64,000 bases of DNA from an uncultured Candidatus Poseidoniales archaeon (GTDB lineage: Archaea; Thermoplasmatota; Poseidoniia; Poseidoniales; CAYMED01), in assembly GCA_964389655.1 (NCBI GenBank), contig CAYMED010000004.1:1-64000 (forward strand), given 5' to 3'. Made by a program: the position numbers and the translations under genes. Under the pieces are notes generated by a model, which had not been told where the DNA came from, did not search any database, and saw nothing but the letters and a program-made list of their open reading frames with translations. Below are positions 50,297-59,605 of this stretch, piece after piece (the stretch's first letter is position 1; each line of letters opens with the position of its first letter).

Positions 50297-51442
50297 TCAT
50301 TCTAAACTAATATTTTCTAACCATTCTTCTAATTTTGACAATCCTTCTCTGATCTTTTCTTCATTTGTTGCATATGAGAGTCTGACCCATCCTTCACCAT
50401 GCTCCATTAATCCCCCAGGAATTAATTGAACACGTGCCTCTTCTAATGCCCGTCTACAAAACTCTATTGAATCCATTCCTGTCTCTTCAATGTTCATAAA
50501 TGCGTAAAATGCTCCTTCCAAACTCGGCGCATGAATTTTTTTCAGACGCTTTAAGTGACTTTGAACCAATTCCCTTCTTGCTGAAAAGGCCTCTATAATT
50601 TCTTGATTTAGTGATTCATCTTCCAATGCCAATGCGGCAGCCCCTTGGAGGAAAGTTGGTGCATGTGTAATTGAATTTGCTTGAACCTTTGCCACTGCAT
50701 CCATTGCATCGGATGGCCCGAAAATCCATCCCAACCGCCAACCAGTCATTGCCCACCCCTTTGACCAACCCCCAATTACCATTGTTCTCCCTTTACCTCT
50801 GGGCAAGGAAGCAGGAGAAATGTGCCCTTCTTTTGTCCAAATCATTGGTGCATAGATTTCATCAGAAATAATCCACAAATCCCTTTTTTCCGCTAAACAG
50901 ACAAGAGATTCCATTTCTTCCCTAGAATAGACAGCTCCTGTTGGATTATTAGGTGAATTCACCACAATCGCTGAAGTTTTTTCATTACACGCTTCTTTGA
51001 TTGCCTCTAAATCAAGGTGGAGGCTTGAATTATTTACTGGGACGTGAATTGGTATAAGTCCAGAAAAGCGGATTTGAGGATCATATGATGGCCATGCAGG
51101 TGCAGGTACAATGACATTTGTTCCAGGGTCACAACACGCAAGAAATGCAGAAAGGAGGGCCTGTTTTGCCCCACTTGTGATAATTACATTTTTCCATGAG
51201 GCTTCAATTCCTTGTGGACCAAGATAGGATGCTACCGCTTTACATGTTCTTTCCAATCCCCGTGCCCGCGAGTAGTGCGTCATTCCAGTTTTTATATCTT
51301 GTATTGCAATATCTTTGATTGGCCCAGGGGTTTCCATATCTGGCTCGCCAATTGTAAATCGAATTACATCTGCTGGCGGTGGCTGGAAAAAGTGGGCAAA
51401 CCCAGAACCAATTCCATCAAATCTCGCGGAGGGTTCTACCAT
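50297..51442 (-). CDS. PLP-dependent aminotransferase class I/II (aspartate aminotransferase-like)
   Basis: 'IGEPD', 'GAKQA', 'NSPNNPTG', 'SDEIY', 'SKGWAMTGWRLG'. Confidence 0.93.
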   Translation of the reverse strand: MVEPSARFDGIGSGFAHFFQPPPADVIRFTIGEPDMETPGPIKDIAIQDIKTGMTHYSRARGLERTCKAVASYLGPQGIEASWKNVIITSGAKQALLSAFLACCDPGTNVIVPAPAWPSYDPQIRFSGLIPIHVPVNNSSLHLDLEAIKEACNEKTSAIVVNSPNNPTGAVYSREEMESLVCLAEKRDLWIISDEIYAPMIWTKEGHISPASLPRGKGRTMVIGGWSKGWAMTGWRLGWIFGPSDAMDAVAKVQANSITHAPTFLQGAAALALEDESLNQEIIEAFSARRELVQSHLKRLKKIHAPSLEGAFYAFMNIEETGMDSIEFCRRALEEARVQLIPGGLMEHGEGWVRLSYATNEEKIREGLSKLEEWLENISLE

Positions 51443-51554
51443 TGTGCACCCTCCGGGGTTGGTTTGGGCCTCTCCCCCCTTCTAGCATCAAGGCTTCGGC
51501 TACTTACTTCCGTTACACACCGTTCAAAAGTACTTGGCGAACCGAGATATTGCT

Positions 51555-51628
51555 GCACGGGTAGCAAAGCGGTTATGCGCGGGACTGCAGATCCTGATAC
51601 GGGAGTTCGAATCTCCCCCCGTGCTCCA
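51555..51628 (+). tRNA. tRNA-Cys(GCA), intronless, CCA encoded
   Basis: Acceptor stem GCACGGG/CCCGTGC, anticodon arm cggga-ctGCAga-tcctg, T-arm gggag-ttcgaat-ctccc, discriminator U then CCA. Confidence 0.96.
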
Positions 51629-51675
51629 TTAAAAATAGTGATTATTTCCGTTTAATCATGCAGTTATTGCTTAAT

Positions 51676-52377
51676 TTATGGATTTAGTAGAATGTGTCGC
51701 ATTCCTTCTTTTTTTGAAAGATTCGAGAGTTTTTCCTCATTTAGTCTGACAAATTCAGAAACACTTTTTTTGGAAGTTTTCGAATATTCTCGTAATGCCC
51801 ACCCTATTGCCTTGCGGATAAAAAAATCAGTATCTCCCGAGCAACGCAAACAATAGTCAAACAATTTTTCTTCGTCAGTATTTTCTTTATGGCGGTTGTA
51901 AGAAAGAATAGCAGTTCTTCGAATCCATAAATTCTCATCACTAATCCATTGACCGAGAATCTCATTCATTTTCAATTGATTTTTTGCAAGCAATCTACCA
52001 ATTAAGTGTTGAGCAATCTCATCAACAAAATCCCACCATTCCCCCTCACGAATCATTTTTTCATAGATTGGCAGTGCTTCTAGAGTGATAAACGCGGCCC
52101 ACTCCCTTGCTAGAGATATTGAAATATATTTTTCTTCACGATGTTCAAGTTCCCAAATTTCAGAGATGAATTGATTGTATTTTTTTTGACAATCTATTGG
52201 AAATTTCTTTTTTAGCTCCTTTACAATTTTCTTTCTTTTGCCAGAGCGAACGCCATAAAACGGCATTTCTGTTTTCATATAAGCCTGCATTTGCTTGACA
52301 TCCTCTGGAATTGCCGCCTCAATCAGTTTTTTTTGGATGAATTCAACAATTCCTCTCGAATCGGCGTGCTTTTCCAT
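51676..52377 (-). CDS. DNA alkylation repair protein (AlkD-like HEAT-repeat glycosylase)
   Basis: 'MQAYMK..MPFYGV', 'WWDFVD', 'WIRRTAI', 'FFIRKAIGWALREYSK'. Confidence 0.9.
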   Translation of the reverse strand: MEKHADSRGIVEFIQKKLIEAAIPEDVKQMQAYMKTEMPFYGVRSGKRKKIVKELKKKFPIDCQKKYNQFISEIWELEHREEKYISISLAREWAAFITLEALPIYEKMIREGEWWDFVDEIAQHLIGRLLAKNQLKMNEILGQWISDENLWIRRTAILSYNRHKENTDEEKLFDYCLRCSGDTDFFIRKAIGWALREYSKTSKKSVSEFVRLNEEKLSNLSKKEGMRHILLNP

Positions 52378-52489
52378 ATATATCACATAAGTATCCAATA
52401 CAAGAAATGATTGCAATATTAAGAGGCATTTTCTTAATTTGACTTGCCTTCATTAATGATCTCTTAAAAATGGGGAATTTGAAATTTTT

Positions 52490-53326
52490 TCATTCGTCCC
52501 CTACAACATTCATATTTTCAGTTAGATCAATGAAAGGAATATGCTCATCTATTTCACCACCTTCATCCCACATTTCTATCTCTTTACTATTGCCCACCCT
52601 TTCTTCTCTTCCCTTCCAAACAGCCATTTCCATTCCTAATTCCCTCATTCTTCCTTTAAGGTTTGAATGATGATATACCCCATCTTGTACATTCATTTCT
52701 AATGGTTTGAGAATGAACCATTGATATGAGTGTTCAGCAGTCCATGAATGAAACAACCTTCTTCTTTTTTGCATCCACTTCCTCAAAAATCCATTTGGCA
52801 CAATTGCTCTTTCTGGTAATTTTTCTCCAAATAATATGATTAGAAGTGATTGTCCCATCCTCCTCAACCATTGAATTGCTGCAGTTCTAATCCGTATTTT
52901 TGCACCACGACCAAGTACATTGGTGGGAGTAAAACCAGATCGTATTAATGATGAGGCCATAGCAATTGATCGAGTACGTGCAACAAGATCTAGTGGCACT
53001 CTTTCTTTCTCTTCTCGATCTAACTGCCCTAAAGGCCGCCCGGATAAAATTGGATCTGAATTCCATCGTTTACGCACTTTTTCAACCAATATGTGTGATA
53101 CGCCCTTTCCACGAATTTTTGGGTCAACAACAACTGTTTCTAACACAACGACCCCCCCCATTCTCTTCATTTCAGCGATTCCAAGGATATGTTCCTCCTC
53201 CCGCAAAACGATTTGAACAACACCATCTTTCGGTTTCCGTTCATTTCGGTTTGGGGATCTAAGGTCAAGATCTTCAAGACAGCGTTTTTTGATCCACCTT
53301 TCTACATCATAGTCTGCTTTCATCAC
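52490..53326 (-). CDS. GNAT-family N-acetyltransferase
   Basis: Acetyl-CoA motif A 'VVVDPKIRGKGVSHILV'. Confidence 0.7.
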   Translation of the reverse strand: MMKADYDVERWIKKRCLEDLDLRSPNRNERKPKDGVVQIVLREEEHILGIAEMKRMGGVVVLETVVVDPKIRGKGVSHILVEKVRKRWNSDPILSGRPLGQLDREEKERVPLDLVARTRSIAMASSLIRSGFTPTNVLGRGAKIRIRTAAIQWLRRMGQSLLIILFGEKLPERAIVPNGFLRKWMQKRRRLFHSWTAEHSYQWFILKPLEMNVQDGVYHHSNLKGRMRELGMEMAVWKGREERVGNSKEIEMWDEGGEIDEHIPFIDLTENMNVVGDE

Positions 53327-53897
53327 TTTCGTCCCCTGCGGGTTTCCACATTGATTGATGAATTCCTATTCCTTCAACTAGGTATGTTGGCCCATAAGGA
53401 AGCCATCCACACATTTCATAGAAATCTATGGCCCCCTTTCTTGCCTGTAACCATCCACTTCGTACTCCCCATCGCGCACATACTTCGTCTTCTAAGGCAA
53501 TTAACACGCGTCTTGCATAACCTTTCCTACGGGATTCCTGAAGTGTCCCCATTTGGCGAATCTGGAATGCAGGACGCAACTCCAAAGGTGTGGGAAAATC
53601 ATCCACTGCTTCGATCAATGGGATGAAAGGCGGGCATTGTGCTGATTCACTACCGGCGCGATCCGGCCCCCCTCCAAATTCGCCTTTTGGAATGAGGTGT
53701 GCCCTCCCTACAGAACAAATCCCGTTGTTCTTTTCCTCTACCCATGCATGAATCGCAATGCCATCATCAACTAGTCGCTCACTTCCCCTTGCAAGGCCGA
53801 GAGGCTCACGTAGAGTTTTCCACCTTGTTTCATACATATTATTTGGAATATTATCCCCCGGTCTTCCGAGAACGATTCGTGCCGAAGGAACTGACAT
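53307..53897 (-). CDS. GNAT-family N-acetyltransferase
   Basis: 'QIRQMGT..SRRKGYAR', 'WLQAR..AIDFYEMCGW', 'GIHQSMWK'. Confidence 0.85.
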   Translation of the reverse strand: MSVPSARIVLGRPGDNIPNNMYETRWKTLREPLGLARGSERLVDDGIAIHAWVEEKNNGICSVGRAHLIPKGEFGGGPDRAGSESAQCPPFIPLIEAVDDFPTPLELRPAFQIRQMGTLQESRRKGYARRVLIALEDEVCARWGVRSGWLQARKGAIDFYEMCGWLPYGPTYLVEGIGIHQSMWKPAGDESDESRL

Positions 53898-53906
53898 TTC
53901 CCATCC

Positions 53907-55229
53907 TCAAGGAGATAATCCGCGAAGGGGGGTGATCCCATGAATTCCATGAATGGCACACGAAAGAATGGGTCCGGGCGCCATTTCTTCAAATGACCAT
54001 GTCCAAATTCTTCCATCTCCAAGTCCCCCCCACATCCAGTTTCCGTCAATTGAGGGAATTAGGTTAGACGTCCAAGTGTCCCCGACAGCATCAGTAAATC
54101 GAACCGTGCGCGTACCTATATCCCTAAATTGGATTACTCCATCCCCCCCGCTCGATATAATCCATCCATTTTCTTCATCAACATATACTGACTCTACCCA
54201 TGCGTTGTGGCCCTCTAATATTTCTTCAAGAAGACAAGTATCCGCATCTATGAGCGCAATGGTGCCATCCCCTAATGCAGCAAAAATCCGTCCGGCTTTA
54301 GTCCATGCAAGATCATTGATTCTTGATCCTAATTCTATTTTTTTCTGAGTTCTCCTATTATCATAATCGATAATTGAAATGTTTCCATATTCATCACCAA
54401 TTGCCATTAGACTAGTTTCATATCGTGGCGAAATACAGGTAACTTCTCCATTAATTGATCCAATTTCCTTTGACCTTCCATCTTTGACAGAAATCTCAAC
54501 TACTAACCCATCTTCCCCCCCACTGCATATTTTTCCTTGACCTAGATTTGCTAATGTACCCACCCATCCTTGATGTGCTTCGATGACAAATCTAGCCCGT
54601 CGCTCTTCTAGATTCCATATGCGCACAGTTCCATCTTCTCCCGATGTTGCAGCTTCTGTGCTGGAGAGTGATAGAACCTGTAGGGCCCGCCCTTCATGGC
54701 CACTAAAAACCTCTAGAATTGCCCCCCCCAATGCTTCATGAATCCTCATTTTCCCATCATCACAAACAGTTAGTATTCTTCTATCAGCCTGCAAAATTCT
54801 TGCATGTGATCTCCTACCCCGCCTTAACCTGTCTTTTACAACAGACCTTGCCGCAGAAGCATCTTCAGCAGATTTTGCAGATGGCACTTTGCTACATGCA
54901 ACCGATGCCTCCTCCCTCGCCTCCTGAATTTTTTCACCTAATTTTAAGAGGCTTGGAAGTGCGGGTTCTTCCGCTAGATGGGCAATTATTCGTGCACAAT
55001 CCCGCTCAAGAGATTCAAGTGCCGCCAAATCTTTTCTTGCCTTTGCAGTAAGTGCGCGAATTGGCCCCTGTTCAACAACCCCCATAGTTGCCGCCTCTCC
55101 TAATAATTCAATACCATCTAAGTCCTCATGGGGATGTAATTCTGCCCCACAGCGCGGGCACCATGACCACCCGATTTCCGCCCTATTGTCGCACGCCGGA
55201 CAACTGATCACATTATGATCAAGCACCAA
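53907..55229 (-). CDS. Zinc-ribbon, helical linker and WD40 repeat protein
   Basis: 'CPAC...CPRCG'; WD40 units 'GHEG...SGEDGTVRIWN', 'AHQGWV', 'GHNAWV...SSGGDG'. Confidence 0.85.
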   Translation of the reverse strand: MVLDHNVISCPACDNRAEIGWSWCPRCGAELHPHEDLDGIELLGEAATMGVVEQGPIRALTAKARKDLAALESLERDCARIIAHLAEEPALPSLLKLGEKIQEAREEASVACSKVPSAKSAEDASAARSVVKDRLRRGRRSHARILQADRRILTVCDDGKMRIHEALGGAILEVFSGHEGRALQVLSLSSTEAATSGEDGTVRIWNLEERRARFVIEAHQGWVGTLANLGQGKICSGGEDGLVVEISVKDGRSKEIGSINGEVTCISPRYETSLMAIGDEYGNISIIDYDNRRTQKKIELGSRINDLAWTKAGRIFAALGDGTIALIDADTCLLEEILEGHNAWVESVYVDEENGWIISSGGDGVIQFRDIGTRTVRFTDAVGDTWTSNLIPSIDGNWMWGGLGDGRIWTWSFEEMAPGPILSCAIHGIHGITPLRGLSP

Positions 55230-55328
55230 TGATGCTTAATCTCAACGCATTGAGACCCTTAATATTCTAGATTCTGAGGCCAAACACATTCGACCAAAGG
55301 TGAAAAATCATCCCCCTTTGCGTAGGAT

Positions 55329-56114
55329 GTGAGTGAAGACCGCCGGGCACGAGCACAAGCTCTTCATGCATTGATTGTGATATGCAAAGACCTTGACATT
55401 AAAGATGGAGTCGAAGCCAAAATAATTGAAGATGCACAGGCATACATGGGGGTTTCCCCATCTCACCGTAACGATGCATCAAAACACGTTGAAAAATCCT
55501 ATGATGGTGGTTCGTGGGGGGGGCACCGATCATCAGTGATTCAAAGATCAAAAAGCCGCATCGAAGATGCAATAGAGAATGAATATCTTCCCGATACCGA
55601 ACACCTTGGGCAAGGATTATTGCGCCTCCTTTCAAAAATAGAGGAACTATCTTTCACCGAGGAATTTGATGAAGATGATGATGAAAACCTCCTAAGTATC
55701 CTTCTTCCAGAAGGCGGAGTGGCAGAAATTGGTATGACAGGATCAGATCTTCTTGACTCATTGATCGATGATGATGATATTGACCCCCCCCCTCTTGATG
55801 AAACTACATTTGTTAAGTCAGTAGCAATTGAACCTACAGTATCTGAAGATGTGATCGAAGTTCCAGCCGATGATGACCCCCCTATACCCGAGCTACCGCT
55901 TGCTAAAGCAGCGTCCCTAAAAAATGAGGATGAATTGAAATTCAATGGTGAACGCGCCCTTCAAACTTATCGCCTTCTCCTTGAAACTGTTTGGGTTGAT
56001 GATGTCCTTGACCCAGCAGAAATAGAACTTCTTGCGCGTAAACGTAAACAATTGGGGATTGATTTTGAGACTCATCTATCTTTAACTCGTGCGATGATGG
56101 GGGCGGATGACTGA
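55329..56114 (+). CDS. Hypothetical protein with TerB-like helical motifs and an acidic linker
   Basis: C-terminal 'YRLLLETVWVDDVLDPAEIELLARKRKQLGI'. Confidence 0.55.
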   Translation: MSEDRRARAQALHALIVICKDLDIKDGVEAKIIEDAQAYMGVSPSHRNDASKHVEKSYDGGSWGGHRSSVIQRSKSRIEDAIENEYLPDTEHLGQGLLRLLSKIEELSFTEEFDEDDDENLLSILLPEGGVAEIGMTGSDLLDSLIDDDDIDPPPLDETTFVKSVAIEPTVSEDVIEVPADDDPPIPELPLAKAASLKNEDELKFNGERALQTYRLLLETVWVDDVLDPAEIELLARKRKQLGIDFETHLSLTRAMMGADD

Positions 56115-56116
56115 AT

Positions 56117-57226
56117 ATGCATCCGTTTGAACATGCATGTACCCTTGCATGGAAGGACGGCGGTCTATCTCGAGACGGCGCAAAATTACTTGATCAATTA
56201 CAAACCCATTTTTTTATGTCGGATACGGATCGAGCAGCAATCGAAGAGCCATGGTTAATGGCGAATTTGCCAGGGAAAACGAGATCTGGCTTTGGAGCCG
56301 GTTATCGTATACTATCAACTTGGGTGAAACACTACGCATCACTTGATTCAGAACTTAATGCAGCAGCAGTTCGATCAATGGGTCGTCGCTTTTCTTATAC
56401 TGGCATTTCAAGACAAAAGATGCGTACAGCATTAACTTGGCTAAAACCATGCGGTTTAGATCGCCCATTTCTTGAAGGATCTTGGATCCCTAATGGGAGG
56501 CGGGACCTAAACACCCCCCCCGGCCTTGAACCATTAGATGCAATTCTTGGCATTACAATGGAAATGGAAGATGCATCTTCACTTCCTTCAGAGCCCCTTG
56601 AATCCGTTACGTCTCAATTACAGAAAGCAGGATCCAAAATATCGATTGATGGTCCCTTACCTTGTATTCGCCTTTCATCAGAATGGTCCGAACGTGCACA
56701 AAATGCAGAAATAAATTGGTTTGACCGCCTTGAATCTTATACGGATGAATTATCCATGATTTGGTTGGACCCTGAAGGAATAGCAAAAGGGATAGACGCA
56801 TCAAATTCAGATCTTTCAATTTCTGAAGACGTCATCTCGGTTCATATTCGTTCAATTCTTGAATCTGGAGATATTGGGGGGCACGAATTGAATGAGATTA
56901 CAAGATGGCGACTTGGGGGGGAGCCCATCGATATCCACCTCGATTCCCTTTCTTTGTCATGCATAGAAGATGAAATTCATCTTTCTTTAGAAAGCAGTGA
57001 GGGAAAGGGCCGTGCAGTTATTGGCATTTCAAGTAACGATGAATGGCCCCCTAAACCCCCCATCAATCGAACAGCATCAGCCATTACTACATTTGTGGCC
57101 GAATTACTTTCTCTTTCGATCCCCAGCCTTCCTCATCAAATCGCTCATGCAATTGGGATTAAGGCAAATGCAATTGGAGCCCATATTCGCCCCAATCGCA
57201 TTGACTTTTCTTTAGAAGAAATTTGA
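56117..57226 (+). CDS. Hypothetical protein with an N-terminal TerB-like motif
   Basis: 'FEHACTLAWKDGGLSRDGAKLLDQLQ'; starts 2 nt after the upstream stop. Confidence 0.55.
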   Translation: MHPFEHACTLAWKDGGLSRDGAKLLDQLQTHFFMSDTDRAAIEEPWLMANLPGKTRSGFGAGYRILSTWVKHYASLDSELNAAAVRSMGRRFSYTGISRQKMRTALTWLKPCGLDRPFLEGSWIPNGRRDLNTPPGLEPLDAILGITMEMEDASSLPSEPLESVTSQLQKAGSKISIDGPLPCIRLSSEWSERAQNAEINWFDRLESYTDELSMIWLDPEGIAKGIDASNSDLSISEDVISVHIRSILESGDIGGHELNEITRWRLGGEPIDIHLDSLSLSCIEDEIHLSLESSEGKGRAVIGISSNDEWPPKPPINRTASAITTFVAELLSLSIPSLPHQIAHAIGIKANAIGAHIRPNRIDFSLEEI

Positions 57227-57232
57227 TCAAAT

Positions 57233-59605
57233 TTATTCATCATTATTAGGACTGGAACTAGTAGTGGCCATTACGGGTTCAATTGATTCTCGGTAGATAC
57301 TAGTACTTACCTTTCCAGGCAATTTAATTTCATCTGTTTGTGTAAGATTTTCAGTCCAATGTACAGTCACTGCAGCATCAGAAAATGCGTAAATATAATT
57401 TCCCATGAAAATCGACCTTCGTATTGAGATGTCTCCACCCCACCAAGTGGATGTTAATCCATCCTTTCCAAAGTGTCCGGAATGGTTTATGTTCCCCTGA
57501 ACTGCTAGATTTCCTTCACTCGCGTTGACATCTATCATCATTAATTTGCTAACATATTCATACCCGTAATTTGCGTATGTTTTCCCATTTATTTCGACTT
57601 CATCATATGTCCACCTTGATGTGGAAATTGGAACAGCAAGTAAAGATGAAGCTTCCCAATATGTGAATGCTTTATGCTCATATGTTGCTTCAGAATTTGA
57701 CCACTGCCAACCACACCACCGTATCTGCAAACAGTTTGAATCAGTATATCCTGGTGTTAAGGGCAATGCCTTGGCTAACTTTGGATCACTGACATTTGAA
57801 ATATCAAATAGGGAGATCTGGGTCGTCGACCAATCTAATCCAAGACCATCATCACCTCCTGGAAATCCTATGGTGAGCAAATGATTTCCATCAGATAGTG
57901 GATGGATATATGTGGAAACACCGGGCACTTTTAATTCGCCTAAAATCGATGGATTTTGAGGATCAGAGAGATCTATCGTCCATAGTGGGTCTGTTTGTCG
58001 AAATGTAACAATATATGCTCGATCACCCACAAACCTTGCAGACCAGATATTTTCATTTTTGGCAATTCCACCCAAATGACCAATTTCACTGAGGTATTTT
58101 TCACCCGCCCCATCAATGGCGATTTCCAAACAAATTACGTGATTTTGTATTGGTTCTGGATTTTCCAACCACCACCTCCCCCACTGGCCCGTAGTTGAAG
58201 CAACCCTCAATATTTCTTCGTGTTCAGATAGGGAAAATTGATTTAGAATCGTTCCATTTATCCTTCCCGATGCAACATATGTGGTTTGGCCCGATACCGA
58301 TATATCGAATGTATGGAGATTTGTAGTCTCTTTTTCGTTCTGGTTGCCCCAGTACCACCACCACTCATTTGTTTTTTCAGATAGCACTAGTAAATCACCT
58401 GACGCGTAAATTTGTGGCCAATTTGTTCGAATGTGATCTGCAGTAAACGATAATTCTGTCTGGTTCAAATCAATTGAAAGAATGGATGTAACTCCTCGGC
58501 TCGATGCATCTTTTGCCCCCGCAAATCCTTTGCAGTCATCATCTCCATATGATTTCACATCTATCGAACCATTGTCTGTACGCTCGTAAATACGAGGTAC
58601 CATGTCGTTAATCTCTAGTTTACTCAACGTATCTTCATTATCTAGGATTGTATAATCTATTGCGCGATTCCACATACTCTTTTTTTCATCATCATTTGCT
58701 GACCAATATGCATCCCAGTCCGCCAATTCAACCCATGACTTCAGATAGGGAATATCGATCCACCCATGAGTAATCATCCGCACGGTGCCGTTAAATTCAC
58801 GACCCGTGAGTAGATCTCCCTCAATGTATATTTCACGATTAATGATTGGATCAGACCGATTTTCAATATCAACGAGAGTCAATTTAGTGAATGTTTCCCA
58901 TCTCCAGTTTTCCTCCTCTTCCTGCAATAGCATACTTGTGCGCAATGAATCACCTTCTGAAAGTGTCCATGGATGGACCATTGAGGCCACAACAATTCGA
59001 TTTCCTGACATGAGCATTTGAGTTGGTTCTCCCTCGATGGAGATATTTGCGGAATGTTCTATGGAACCAAATTCAGGAACGCCGAGTATGAAAAGGTGCC
59101 CAGCATTTAGCACGTAGATATTGTTCCCGTCAGTTTTGATAAAATCCGCCTCATCGACGCCTGCTTCTTGGTTATTTGTCCCTGAGAAATCTTCTCCTTC
59201 TATCAAGGACTTTACCTCATTGGATGACATTCCCGGGCTCTTAGATTGGGAAGCGGTATTAGATGAAGTCGCCGCCTCGTCAGCCATTGCAAGTTCGGGA
59301 ATTCCCATATCTAATATGTCATTTTGACGATGCCCATAGGCATAATAACCATTCCAATGATCTCGTTGATCTTCAAGGATTGCTCTTGCCTCATCCCCGA
59401 AAGATTTGCGCAAATCTTCTAGAAGTGGGGCGCAACCAGCATAGGTCTGCAATTTTGGCGAAGATCGTTGGACTGTGTTATAATTTGGAAGAGGAATAAC
59501 ACCCCCTTCTGTCGGTTGGGAATTGCGTTCATCATTTTTTTCAAAAAAACCCAAACATCCCGGCAAAAGAAGTAAAAATACTAGAAGTGATGCAACTTTT
59601 TTCAT
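57233..59605 (-). CDS. Beta-propeller domain lipoprotein (Beta_propel/PF09826-like), paralogue B
   Basis: Lipobox 'LLPGC'; 'SGTNNQEAGVDEADFIKTDG', 'ILNQFSLSE', 'YIVTFRQTDPL', 'GELKVPGVSTYIHP'. Confidence 0.85.
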   Translation of the reverse strand: MKKVASLLVFLLLLPGCLGFFEKNDERNSQPTEGGVIPLPNYNTVQRSSPKLQTYAGCAPLLEDLRKSFGDEARAILEDQRDHWNGYYAYGHRQNDILDMGIPELAMADEAATSSNTASQSKSPGMSSNEVKSLIEGEDFSGTNNQEAGVDEADFIKTDGNNIYVLNAGHLFILGVPEFGSIEHSANISIEGEPTQMLMSGNRIVVASMVHPWTLSEGDSLRTSMLLQEEEENWRWETFTKLTLVDIENRSDPIINREIYIEGDLLTGREFNGTVRMITHGWIDIPYLKSWVELADWDAYWSANDDEKKSMWNRAIDYTILDNEDTLSKLEINDMVPRIYERTDNGSIDVKSYGDDDCKGFAGAKDASSRGVTSILSIDLNQTELSFTADHIRTNWPQIYASGDLLVLSEKTNEWWWYWGNQNEKETTNLHTFDISVSGQTTYVASGRINGTILNQFSLSEHEEILRVASTTGQWGRWWLENPEPIQNHVICLEIAIDGAGEKYLSEIGHLGGIAKNENIWSARFVGDRAYIVTFRQTDPLWTIDLSDPQNPSILGELKVPGVSTYIHPLSDGNHLLTIGFPGGDDGLGLDWSTTQISLFDISNVSDPKLAKALPLTPGYTDSNCLQIRWCGWQWSNSEATYEHKAFTYWEASSLLAVPISTSRWTYDEVEINGKTYANYGYEYVSKLMMIDVNASEGNLAVQGNINHSGHFGKDGLTSTWWGGDISIRRSIFMGNYIYAFSDAAVTVHWTENLTQTDEIKLPGKVSTSIYRESIEPVMATTSSSPNNDE

